64,000 nt of DNA from Octopus sinensis. Lineage: Eukaryota. The position numbers and the translations under genes are program-made. The notes below the pieces were generated by a model, which saw only the letters and a list, made by a program, of their open reading frames with translations, did not search any database and was not told the origin of the DNA. How positions within the stretch are numbered: position 1 is the first letter of the stretch; each line of letters starts with the position of its first letter. Below are positions 1 to 12,659 of the stretch, piece by piece. Location: the NCBI RefSeq assembly GCF_006345805.1, contig NC_043017.1, forward strand, positions 7,688,001 through 7,752,000. Direction: 5' to 3'.

Positions 1-134
1 CCCTTCGTAAATGTATATAAGGACACAGGGAAAAATGTGTCAAAGCCATCAGGAGGCGTTGATGCTTCCTAGGGCTATACAGCGGTGGTGTACCCCGCTA
101 CTGTCACGTTCGTGTTAGATTGACAGTATACAAC

Positions 135-169
<35 letters not shown>

Positions 170-175
<6 letters not shown>

Positions 176-530
176 GCTTGGGTGGTTAACTTTGACAGTT
201 TACATAAATGAAAAAGAAAACATACATCATCCAAGAATAAAAGTATTTTATCAAATAGATTAGTTGATAGTATCAACTAGATTAGGGCAACTCAAAGTAG
301 CTGCCCTCAGCTTCCATCATGGTCTCATGACAGCTCCAGAATCTGGCGCATTTATTCTTCACTGTATGCCTGGGATGATCTTCAAAAACCTCCTTAATCT
401 TAGCCACCAGCTCAGCATTGGTGTTGCAAGCAGAGTAATTGGTGTCTTTCACATCTGTGTTCCAAAAATAGTAATCCATGGGATTACAGTTGGAGGAATT
501 AGTAAGGCAGAATTTGGGATTTGGTGAAGT
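170..530 (-). mobile_element. Tc1/mariner transposase C-terminal remnant
   Basis: NCNPMDYYFW...TNYSACNTNAELVAKIKEVF...CARFWSCHETMMEAEGSYFE resembles the transposase end of the element at 12660-13485; possible degenerate TIR (tagggtg) after the (AT)n tract. Confidence 0.75.
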
Positions 531-899
531 CATAGAAACTCTCCAACAACTACTGAAAAGTGGGGGAGGAATGCAGTGACTGATGAAACATGGATATATA
601 GGGATGGATGACAGGATATCAATGATGCAGTTGGTAGGGCAGGGAGGACAGGATTGGGCTGCAGGAGTTAGGAGGGAGAGATAAGCATAGTGCATTAAGG
701 AGAGAAGTGAGGAGGAGAAGGAGAAGACTTGGACCCGGTGCCATCCGTCCACAACAAAAATCTAAATTGCATCTCATAACAACAATATGACACAATTATT
801 TCACCTCAATTAGCCTCGCTCTCTTCAACATTACACCAGGACACGTTTGGTTTATTGGGGTAGGGTGAGTGAAAAATTTAATGTTACATGTGGATGGAA

Positions 900-1500
900 C
901 ATACAGCACTTCCAGAACACAGTTTAACTAAGGTGGGCAGATCTTCTCAAGAACTTCATATTGTTGGACATCTTGGTCCTTTGTCATCTCCTCCATGAGG
1001 CCCAATGTTTTGAGATCAACCCTCACTACTTTATTCCATTTTATCCAGAGTCTCTCTTTTCCAAGAGTGCTATCCAGTATAAACAATCAGCACTTCTTTA
1101 TACAGCTGTCCTTGTTCATATGCGTTACATGTCCAAACCAACACAGTCTTCTCTCTTTGATGTTGCATTTAATTCCTGATATGCCCAACTTTTCTCTCAG
1201 CAAATTTGCACTTTGTCATATATGCACACTGATGTTGCATATCCATCAGAGCTTACTAACTTAATTCCTCTCTCATCTATTCATGTCTTCTACATTCAGG
1301 GCCAACGTCTCATTACCATGGAGTATAGCTGTTCATACATAAGCATCATACAATCTGCCTTTCATCCTGAGAGAGAGTCATTTTGTTGCCAGCAGAAGCA
1401 ATAGTTCCTTGCACTTCCTCCATCATATTCCTATCTTAGTGACAATGCTTTCAGAACATCCTTCACCACTGCAAATTTAGTCATGTAGGTAATAGAAACT
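900..1500 (-). mobile_element. Decayed RTE-clade LINE ORF2 3' fragment
   Basis: Reverse translation with stops: GEGCSESIVTKIG..WRKCKELLLLLATK..RMKGRLYD...LREKLGISGIKCNIKERRLCWFGHV. Confidence 0.8.
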
Positions 1501-2119
1501 ATCAACAACCTCTAGGAAGCCTCCTGGGCATTTGAGAGAGTCTAATTCCCATGTATCCTTAGTGCTTATTGTTCCTACACATCTCCCACATACAAAGATG
1601 ACTTTCTCTGTTAACCTACCATTGATTTTATTCTTATGCTTGCACTGGGTGTAATCAATTAAAAAACTGCAATGTCTCCCTCTCTCTTACTTTCTCTCTC
1701 CCCTTCTGTCACTATCTGTATGTAAATATTTATGTGCATGTGTGTGTGTGTGTGTTTGCCTCTAGTGCTAAAAAGTACAGTTGCCAAAACATGTTCAATA
1801 ATCAGTTAGCTGTGCCAAATCACCAGTATTCAAACAGCCAAGCCTGATTAATCTCATTTTGTCCTTTGAAATGGTGAGACTTAGCATTTATATCAATATT
1901 GAAGACTTCTACAGTTCTAGTTGCATGCTATTCATGTCTTGGATGAAGGTGTGTAATAATATATTCTTGATACATGTTGTGATTAAGTCTTTGCACTGTG
2001 GATGGCCACAAGATTTGCATGACTTCATGGGGAAGTGCTTTTAAATTTCATTTCATGGAGTTACTGAAAATTTGGCGTGAGATGTTTGAGACTGCATATA
2101 TCTAACACTTGCATGCAGA

Positions 2120-3105
2120 AAGTTAAAGAGAAATGAAGGATGGTATCATCTGCATAGGTACAGAGGTAATAGCTATGAGAAAGAATGTAGTCACGAACAG
2201 TGAATCTCGAGGCACACCAGAATTGATAGAGTTTAGGTTAGAAATACCCCCGTCAGTCATTCTTCAATGATGTGATTCGAAGTTGAATTTAACATCATGG
2301 TTTTTAATAAATTTCTCAAGCTGAGTGACATAGCAAAGCTGGTTATCAATTGATCTGGCTTTACACAAGCTGTGCTAGTAGTCTTTCAAGAGAAATTCAA
2401 GAAAAATTCAAGGTGTTTTTAGTGGCTGTCTCCATCACATTTGAAACACTATATATTTATCAACCTGCTGATGCAATATGTGTATTATTAATAGTTTAGT
2501 TAAAATTTAGTAGAGTTTAAATAGGACATGTCTGGCGACAAAATCAGTCAATAGGTAACATGAAGGATTTCTTTTATATAGGGACAGTGAAATGTTTTGT
2601 GCAGAATTGGCAAAATCTGATTCTTTTAACAACTCTGAAAATGGTACTTGAACTTAGATTACTCCAAGCTAAGAAGGCCACTGGAAGTGAATGTGACAGG
2701 ATCAGAAGGGTTATTCTTCGGGATGAGACACATGTAGACTGTTTCCAAATATTGAGATATTGGGTAATATCTCCATTATTCCTTTCGAGAATTATGTTGA
2801 AGAGTTGGGTGAGGCTAGAGTCCAGCTGTGGACCACATTGTTTGAGGGCAATAGAAGGGAAATTGTCAGGGCCAGTAGCCTTTTTAGCTTGGAGTAATCT
2901 AAGTTCAAGTACCATTTTCAGAGTTGTTAAAAGAATCAGATTTTGCCAATTCTGTACAAAACATTTCACTGTCCCTATATAAAAGAAATCCTTCATGTTA
3001 CCTAATGACTGTTTTTGTCACCAGACATGTCCTATTTAAACTCTATTAAATTTTAACTTAACTATTAATAATACACATATTGCATCAGCAGGTTGATAAA
3101 TATAT
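2120..3105 (-). mobile_element. Decayed CR1/Jockey-like LINE reverse transcriptase fragment with internal inverted duplication
   Basis: KKATGPDNFPSIALKQCGPQL...LFNIIL...WKQ, then PVA / SVSNVMET, INSGVP, and YADD at 2156-2145. Confidence 0.85.
2451..3105. repeat. Inverted repeat, 234-bp arms (2451-2684, 2872-3105), 187-bp spacer
   Basis: Manual alignment of the left arm to the reverse complement of the right arm gave 8 mismatches and no gaps; explains the mirror ORFs 2560-2982 and 2574-2996. Confidence 0.97.
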
Positions 3106-3779
3106 TCTACCACCAAGGTAAACGAAATTCCACACCTTACACATATTGCTCATTCTTGTTATCTGTTAACCTCTGGCAAATTAACCTTTATCTAAACTTT
3201 ACTCCATGAATCTTTAATTAGACTTTTAACAACAATCTTTGCATATATCCATCACTTAATTCACTTAATAAACATATTCTAACAAAATACATTTCTGTTG
3301 TCTATATATGGCAATGGCAATCATATTGCTAATCAGAAGCAAAAACAATTATCATTCTTCTTGTAAATAAGTTGGTCTTAAAATATTTTTTCTACAATAT
3401 TTAAAAATTAATCTGGACGATCTTGTTCCACACCCCTTTATTTTTTTTCCCCCTTTTTCGAGTATGGAATTTTTTTCATCTTTATTCACTGAATGGAAAA
3501 TATAACATCTTCTACAGCATCGTATTAAACCATTATTCAAATCAGGTTCATTTAACCCTTCACTTGAAAATACTCTTGGTAGCAAAAAAAAAAATATATA
3601 ATAACACGCATTTTTATTTCTCTCTTACTTTCTTTTTAATTTCTTATTTTTATCAACCAAACCCATGACACATCGGATGGGGGAAAAAAAAACGGAATAA
3701 AAATAAAATGCTTCCGATAGCAAAAGCCGTCACTGCTGATTTTAATATCATTAGAAGCATTTCCCTCTCTTTGTACAAA

Positions 3780-4070
3780 GCTGCTGGGCATAAGCCAGCC
3801 GTGCGCATGCCCAGTGAATACTTCCTGCGGAGGTGGAGGACAGTTAGCGAAGACAACAGTTCTCAGGTAATTTCTTTCTGGCCCCCTTTTTTGCCCCCAT
3901 TTGTGTGTATTACAGAGGTCGCGAAGAGGTGAAAAACAAACGAAGAAACACCACCTCCATCGGCGAATTTTCGGGTTTGCCGAGAATGTCTTAAATCGTC
4001 GAAATGTGTTGGACATCATCCGTTCTTTACCTGTTAACAAACTGTAATGGTGCAACCGGAAGAAACCAGA
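3780..4070. promoter_or_regulatory. CpG-rich promoter-like segment (candidate BAG6 5' end)
   Basis: GTGCGCATGC (NRF-1-like) at 3801, CTTCCTGC and CCGGAAG (ETS-like), cag/gtaatt donor at 3866/3867; local CpG density well above the flanks. Confidence 0.4.
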
Positions 4071-4372
4071 ATATTCTAAGCTCTCGCAGAGTCAGTTACT
4101 ATGACATATACTGTCGTACATTACTTATATATACATACATACACACATACACACTTGTATGTATATATATACACGGACATATTTCTATGTATATATGTAT
4201 ATGGTCACAAACACTGATATCTGTGAACATATATGTATGTATGAAACACATACACACGTCAGTATGTACGTCTATATATGTATACATACTGATATATGTA
4301 TTTACAGATATGTATATATACATAGCTCTCCATGTACGTTTATGTATGCACGAATACTTGTATACACGTTTG

Positions 4373-4474
4373 TATGTACATATGTATTTAGTCATAAGCA
4401 TACTAATATCTGTGTTTGTACATATGTATATATAAAACACGTACACACGTTAATTTGTACGTTTATGGATGTAG

Positions 4475-4516
<42 letters not shown>

Positions 4517-5460
4517 GCACATAGATGTCTATGTACATTCATATATACGAACATGAATATATATATTTATAAATAAACGTACATATAGATATGATTATAT
4601 ACATGCATATATTTGTGTGTATATATATATATATGCATTTATATATCTACATACACACTTGTAAAACTTTATGTATATATATATATATATTTAACGGGAA
4701 GCTTTATGAAAATAAACAAAAGACGAAGGCAGGTGGAGTACAAACAAACAATTGTATTAGTATGGCGCCCAGGAATAGAAATAAAACATATGTATTTAGT
4801 CATAAGCATACTAATATCTGTGTGTGTACATATGTATTAATAAAACACGTACACACGTTAATTTGTACGTTTATGGATGTAGATATGTATATGTATATAT
4901 ATATATACATGCACATAGATTTCTATGTACATTTATATATACAAACATGAATTTATATATTTATAAATAAACATACATATAGATATGATTATATACATGC
5001 ATATATTGTGTGTATATATATATATATGCATTTATATATCTACATACACACTTGTAAAACTTTATGTATATATATATATTTAACGGGAAGCTTTATGAAA
5101 ATAAACAAAAGACGAAGGCAGGTGGAGTACAAACAAACAATTGTATTAGTATGGCGCCCAGGAATAGAAATAAAACATATGTATTTAGTCATAAGCATAC
5201 TAATATCTGTGTGTGTACATATGTATTAATAAAACACGTACACACGTTAATTTGTACGTTTATGGATGTAGATATGTATATGTATATATATATATACATG
5301 CACATAGATTTCTATGTACATTTATATATACAAACATGAATTTATATATTTATAAATAAACATACATATAGATATGATTATATACATGCATATATTTGTG
5401 TATATATATATATATATATATGCATTTATATATCTACATACACACTTGTATGTATATATA
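4373..5460. repeat. Tandem duplication, about 390-410 bp unit, about 2.7 copies, AT-microsatellite rich
   Basis: tatgtatttagtcataagcatactaatatctgtg recurs at 4381, 4789 and 5178. Confidence 0.9.
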
Positions 5461-6440
5461 TATATATATATATATATAGTTTTGCAAGTTACTTGGTGGA
5501 CCTGTTGGTGCTGGTGTCATAAAAAAACACCCTTTACATTCTGTACAATGTTTGGTGTTAGGAAAGGCATCTAGTCGTAAAAGCCATGCCAAAACAGACA
5601 GTGGAGCCTGGTATGGCTCCTGATCTTACCAGCTAGTGCCAAACCATTAACCCCTTGCCAGTTTGGAAAACTGACGTTAAAATGATCATATACATCCTGC
5701 ACATGCATATAAGCACACATACTTGTGTATACAAAAATGTGAGTGTATGTATATATACATGTATATATATATTAAAATTGACTATATATATATATATGTG
5801 TGGGTGTGTGTAGAGGTGCTTATAGTTGGGATGTAGAATGCAAGAAAAATGAATCTAGAAAAATTATCTGTTGTGAAAGCAGAAATGGACATAAAAGTTG
5901 AAATCTTGGCAAGTGAACCAAAATACACAAGAACGGTCCATTTTCTATCAGTATATAATTGCAAAGTTTATTTACTCTATTTGAAGATTAATGGGCAGGA
6001 CAATGATATTTAGATATTTAAGGGAAACTAAGGAGAAGCAGTTGATGGATGCAAACTGGCCATGGCAAAATCTTGGCATTGATAAGATTACGTATAACTC
6101 TTAGTCATGAAAGTTTTATTTTTGTGCCTTAGCAACAAAGAAGAGAAAGATTTCTTGAATTATCTTCAGCAGGCAATTGATGATGTACCAATAGATGTCT
6201 TTGGTTGGGGAAAAATTCAATTTCTTCGTTTTTATGTTCCCTTTTTTTCCATACAAGCATGGGCCAGGTTATTACTTATTGTGACATGGCTATGTGGTTG
6301 AGAAGCTTGTATCCTGGCCATATTGTTACTGAATCAGTACAACTACATAGTACTTTGGGCAAGTGTCTTCTAATATATTCCCAGGCTGACCCAAATCTTG
6401 TGAATGTATTTGGTAGATGGAAACTGAAAGAAGCCTGTAA

Positions 6441-6900
6441 ATCATCGTTCAATGTCCGCTTTCCATGCAGGCATCGGTTAGATGGTTTGACTGGAACTGA
6501 TAAGCTGGAGAACTGCTCCAGGTTCCAGTCTGATTTGGCATAGTTTCTTCAGTTAGATGCCTTCCTAACATCAACCACCGCAAGAGTGTAATGAATGCAT
6601 TTTACATGCCATTTATCTGACACCAGCAATGGCCATGACTATGATTTCATTGGTGCCATTTACATGACACTGACAACAGCCACAACTGCAGTTTCACTTG
6701 CCTTGATGATTCTTCTTAAGCACAACATATTTCCAATGGTCTCGGTCATTTGTCATCACCTTCAAAGGCCCAACATTCAAAGATCTTGCTACCAGCAATG
6801 GCCACAATTACAATTTCAGAGGTGCCATTTTCATGACACCGGCAACGACCACAAGTATGATTTCATTTGGCTTGATGAGTCTTCACCTTTTGTTTCTAGT
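6441..6900 (-). mobile_element. RTE LINE 3' end with (GAT)n-tailed 3' UTR
   Basis: Same 3' UTR (ttaggaaggcatc...gcatggaaagcggac..tgaacgatgat) as the other copies. Confidence 0.7.
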
Positions 6901-7609
6901 CTTCCATGAAAAAGTCCCCTGTCTGTAGTAAAATATTACCTTACTAGGAAACAGGTGAGGGTTGGCAATAGGAGGCTATCCTGTTGTAGAAAGTCTGCCC
7001 TAACAAATTCCATCTCACTCATGCAAGCATGGAAAAGTGGACATTAAAATGATGTTGGTGAAGCATTAATTTACAAACAGATGCCTGTTTATTACCATTT
7101 CCTTTGAGAGTGAAAAGCAATCGGAGCAGCTGTTAGCTGGGAATGTCAGTGCCACTGTATTTGTTGAATGACTTCATGCAGACACTTGTAATGTGAAACA
7201 GTTGCATATATACGTGCACATCCACACTCACATATATACACACAAACCACAGACATGTAAACCCATTCTTTTTATGTCTATTTTTTTCCATTTCCATGCT
7301 AGCATATGTTGGCTCAGTATATTATTGAAGCATTGTTTTACAGTTGGATACCCTACCTGTCACTAACCCTCAGCTGTTTTTCAAGTCAGGAATCTCTTAT
7401 TTCCCCATCTCGTTAAAGGTGCAAAGTGAGCAGAAATGACAGCAGCAACACTTGTAGTTCCTTTCGTAGAGCACAAATGTAAACTCACATGCATATACTT
7501 ACACACACACACAAAGATGCACACAAACATACAAAGATGCACACAAACATGTGCATACACACACATGTACATTCACACACACATGCATGCGCACATAAAT
7601 ATACACACA

Positions 7610-7860
7610 GGTGAATGTGCATGGGTTAGTGGTTAGAATATTTGGCTCTCAATTGTAAGGTCGTAGGTTCAATTCCTGGCAATGTTGTGTCCTTGAGGTA
7701 GTACTTGTATTTCAAAGGACCAGCCTTGTCATGTTATGTGTCATGTTGAATCTCCCTGAGAACTGTGTTAAGGGTATGCATGTCTGTGGCAGCCACTTGC
7801 ATGTTAATTTCATGAGCAGCTGTTTCGTTGATTGGATCAGCTGGAACCCTCGTCATCATA
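7610..7860 (+). mobile_element. tRNA-headed SINE (family also at 8585-8870 -, 59160-59460 -, and split around 42216-43080)
   Basis: Shared core tacctgtatttcaaagg...gaatctccctgagaac...catgttaatttca...gatcagctggaaccctcgtc. Confidence 0.75.
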
Positions 7861-9734
7861 ACCTGAAGAGTGCCAGTACATATATTTTGAGCAACTAGAT
7901 AGAAGATATACATGGACATTACCTACTGAACAAAATCAAATTGACGACATGTTCTTGAACAAGTGCTGGAAGAGTGGTGTTCATCATCATCAGTATTTTA
8001 ATGTCTTTTTTGCGCTTGCATGAGTCAAACAAGATTTATCGAGGCAGATTTTCCGTGGCTGGATGTCCTTGCTGTCTCCCGTCCCCTCACCTTTTACCAA
8101 GTAAGGTAATATTTCCCCATTACCATGCATGTTTGTACAGAATATTGGTAATGTATGACATGGCTTGTATAACAGCAACACTCATTATTTACAACTAGGA
8201 CATGTCAAGACTAGGAGACGCAAATGTAACACACACATATATGGCAGTCCTCAAGGCTTTGGATGGTCTGAAGACACTCGCTCAAACTACCATGCAGTGG
8301 GACTGAAACCAAAACTGTTTGGTTGGAAAGCTTGCTCATATTGTCAAAACTATGACCAGAGGTTAATTGTGAAACAGATCAACTGTTTATGTTTGAATGG
8401 GGCAATGTGGCCAACGGAGTGACTAGGAGAGATGGTGATTGCAAAAGCGAATCATGATGGAAGGGAGAAAGAAGCAAAAGTATGGCAGAGGTGGAAGGAG
8501 CGAAAGGTGGAAGAGATTGTGCGAGATGGAGTAATGGAAGAGGAGCAGTAATGGCAGGGCTATTACTGGCACTCCATCTCTTACGATGACAAGAGTTCCA
8601 GTTGAGCTGATCGACGGAAGAGCTGCTTGTGAAATTAACATGCAAGTGGTTGAGCACACTGCTGACACCTGTACTTTTAACCTAGTTCTTAGGGAGATTC
8701 AACATGACATAGAATGTGACAGGGCTGGCCCTTTGAAATACAGGTACTACTCATTTTTGTCAGCTAATTGAACTGGAGCATGTCTTGCTCAAGGACACAA
8801 CACGTTGCTGGGAATTGAACTCATGACCTTATGATTGTGAGCTGAATACCCTAACCACTACGTCGTGCACTTTCACTAATGCTAGGCTATAATGAGAGAG
8901 AATAACTATAGAAAGTTGCACTTTCCATTTGTGGCTTAGTTTCTCTGGCTGAGAACATCGATCACTTTGCAGTGTGTGTGTGCTGGTCATATTTTATCAT
9001 GACACCAGCACTAGTGAGGTTTCCTTGGATGATTAAAAATATATACAACTCCTATCAAATATGTTGAGTTCTTCTCTCTTTCATTTATTCACTCATGTGG
9101 GGTGTATATACACATTCTCACTTTGTTTGCATTCCATATTGACAGGAGTTGGATGGGTACTCATAGATGGGATCCACTGTCCTCATAGATGGGCTGGAGG
9201 ATCACGTTTTATTCATGTTTGTTTGGCAGGATGCTCTTCTTATCACTAGCCATATTAAGTATGTACTGGGTGCATTTTATCATGACCCTTATACTGGAGG
9301 TTTTATCTTGACCCCACGTATTTTCCACAAATTTGGCAACCACTTTACAGGGTATAGTAAGTGCATTTTGTGGCACCAACTTGAGAGTGGTTACCTTGTA
9401 CACTGTAATAGCAAAGAGTTTATACAACCTGAGACAAGGCAATATGAGTGAGGTGTATGGGGGGAGAGAGAGAACACAAGTACAAACCAATATCAGTTGT
9501 CAAGCGCTGGTGGGTGAGCAAACACAAAGACACAGACATATATTCATAGTGGGCTTCCATCTACCAGATTTGCTCACAAGGCATTGATTGTCCCAAGGTG
9601 TCAATGCAGTGGGACTGAACCCCAAATCACATGGTTGCAAAATAAGCTTTTTAACCACACAGCCATGCTCAGGAGTCTTTGCAAATTCTCTGCATTTAAG
9701 AACCACATCTGAATAACATGCAGTATTGCACTTC

Positions 9735-10130
9735 ATTCATATGCATCATACAAGCAAGCTATGCTTTGCTCTGAAGGAGGAACCCTTTGTTGCTAGCAGA
9801 TGTAATAGCTCCCTGATTGTTTTCCAGTTCTTTAATCTTGGTGCTATGCCTTCAGAATATCTATCCTCATTGCTAATTAGTTGACCTATGTAGCAAAAGC
9901 TATTTCTGTGGAGAAGTCCAGACATTTGATAGAATCTATTTTCTGTGTGAACTCTCAGCACACATTGTCTTCATTGCACTTGCCTCATATGGAGTATACC
10001 TTTTCTCTTAGCCTGCCTGTGTTTCCATTACATCGCTTGTACATTCATATTTGACACTGAATACACTGTATGGAATTCCTGTAGATTTCCTTTCTGATCT
10101 GCAGAAGAGGACTCAGTAGCAGAGTTCCAC
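9735..10130 (-). mobile_element. Decayed RTE LINE ORF2 fragment
   Basis: SFCYIGQLIS...IRELLHLLATKGSSFRAK, plus an upstream GNSIQC..C....KRC cluster. Confidence 0.75.
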
Positions 10131-12659
10131 CTCCTCTCACTAATACTTTAGACACTGATATGGCTTATTCAACCACCATATTTCTGTGCACTAGTAAAAT
10201 TAGAGAATGCCTGGGCAGGGAGTGAACTAGTGGTACCAGAGTCAATTTTAACATAAACCTTTGTACCACTGAATCCTCTACTTTTCTGTCAAATACTAGT
10301 ACACACAATCATACCGCACTTATTGTAGCTCACATCGACACCAAATGGTCTTTGGTACCACGTTTTATAATTTATATTTACGTGACGTATTCTTCATGTT
10401 GGCTCTTTTAAACGCGTTACAAACGTTGTCAGATATCTGAACCAATGGATTTCTCCATGTTTATGCTATAAACATAACGTGTGTGCATACGCACAGACAC
10501 AATCCGACGACAGCTGGTAGGCCGAAAGTTCGAGGTCACTGTCGACCATTTCCTTATAAAAAATTTATATGTATTTTACAAAAATGTTTTAAACAATACT
10601 CCTTCGTTTTCATGTTAAACTGTTTTTATATATAGCTTCACATAAAAAACAAACATATCTATGCGTGTGTGTTAGTCTTTTTCTAATCCATTTCATGTTT
10701 TCTAGTTTCTACCGTCCCTCACCGTGTAACCCGTTTTAACCCAACAAGTCTGCATTCCAAGACCATATTCCAAGATGTTAATAAAAACCCATCCACCATC
10801 CTATCTTGGCGACTGCATTCACATTTCAAACACCATTTTTCTTGCATCTTCATTCACTCATCTTACATACTTATTTATTATATATAAGGTCTTTCATATT
10901 TTATATCCCATTTATGCTTTAAAATGTTTTTTCCTCGTCCTGGTGCCGAGTATTAATTACTACAGTAATATTACGCACGCACACACACACATTCTTTTAT
11001 TCGAAGCTCTTCATTTACTGTACTTATATCTTCCCTATCTGTCTCTCCTTTGTTCCAAGGCAGTCCACCCACGGTCACTTTTACATATCAGTAACCATTC
11101 TGTCCCTACCATTTTCAATGTGGTATTATGTGATTTACGGGATATCCGGCTACTGTTTCTAGCTACTCAAAGCTACCGCTTACACGCTCCCATGTCAGCA
11201 GCTCGCTTCAGTACTTTTTTTTAATACATCCGACAAGGATACGCGCACTCTCTCGCAAACGTTTGGATATGTGACAGAGAAACGTTTGTGTATGTCTGTT
11301 ACTTTAATCAAGGCTTTATATATACACAGAATACTTCTCTTTGTGTCGTTTTTATACATCATACATACACATGATGTCCAAATTCTCCTTTAAGTACATT
11401 TTTTAAAATATAACAAACGATGTCTTGTCATGGCTGTTTTTGCGTACGATCACCCTGCTACATTTTTTTCTTTTGCTCTGGTCTTATTCACGTAAATTAT
11501 CTTCACATTTTTAACTATCAGCGAATTCTATCGTTTATATTGAAATATATTATCTATGATAAAACTTCTTTCAGATTAAACGATTTGTTAGTTTCACCGA
11601 CTCCCCTTCGTTGCTGCGCGAATCTTAATACTAATTAAAGCGAATAGCCATTTTGGTTGTGTGGAATTACGATGCGTGTTTATTTGCCTGTGCGCGCGTA
11701 TGTGTGTATATAATATAAATATATATTTTTTTGCTGGTTTTAAGCCAAAGGCTGCAGCCATGCTAGGGATATAGATGTGTGTGTGTGTGTGCGCGTGTGT
11801 ATATGAGTCATAGACAACCTGCGGCTCGCGGGACTTTCTGAATGGCACGCTTAACGAAATAATATCTTTATTTTTTTTTTAGTAGTGCGGCCCGCTTCTC
11901 GAATAAAGTTGCCCATGCCTTGTTTGTTTGTTGGTACAATTTATAATTGCGTGCGCGCACCACGTTGCTTCTGTAACTAGTGATATGGTGGCCGTTTGCT
12001 CCTTGCTGGGCGCTGCTTGACCTCTTCTTGTATCTGTTGTTACTCCATCTCATCACATTATATATATATATATATATATATATATAAGAGAGTGTGTGAT
12101 TTATCGAGCTGAATGTAAAATTCTCTTCTATGTTTTGTGAGTGATGGACAAGTGGTAGGACCTTAAACATCAGCAATTATATTTGCTAGCAAATCGACCA
12201 TCGCCGACTGTCCACATCTAGCTAGGACAACCTTGGCTGAGCAAACATTGACCACAGGCGTTCCAGTCACGATATTTCCGCCTTTCTTGAATTTCTTCTC
12301 CAGTAACTTATTATCCGATGTGCCTTTCTCTTTTCTTAATGGTAGGGTGTAACTTAAGAGAGATTTGGTTGATATTTCTAGGAACTTGAATGACCACAGA
12401 GAGGCAACCTCTTTGGCTGCATCCACACACACGAGGAAAGTGTGTTGTAGTTTGATTCCAAATCATTTTCATCTTTCATTCTCTTATTCTTCATCGCCTT
12501 TAACGCAGTCTGCTGTATAAGCATGGGAACCTGGATGGTGGTGGTGAGACAAACTTAAGCGCTGTTTCGAGTGGCATGCTCTATCTAGCTTAGTGGTTCA
12601 CAACCATTTTTTGCTTTGGACCCTTTTGATACCTCTTTATTCCATAGCCATTCGCTGTA

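Noticed and set aside
540-760. Purine-rich tract resembling the reverse complement of 39050-39450 (also near 37800 and 55750)
   Set aside because: Similarity is compositional and could not be aligned convincingly by eye
2560-2996. Two 140-aa ORFs with identical N-termini on opposite strands
   Set aside because: Artefact of the inverted duplication in a LINE relic; not genes
4004-5574. Cluster of Y/I/M/C/H-rich ORFs
   Set aside because: Translations of AT/AC microsatellite and the tandem duplication
5840-6300. Coding-looking stretch including ORF 6107-6301
   Set aside because: Stops in all frames, no recognisable motif, no usable splice-site pair; possibly an old TE relic but unassignable
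10775-11224. 149-aa ORF with TTG/ATG start
   Set aside because: Composition typical of AT-rich non-coding DNA; no homology recognised
12163-12432. 89-aa minus-strand ORF
   Set aside because: No recognisable domain or exon context; mentioned only as part of the CpG-rich block
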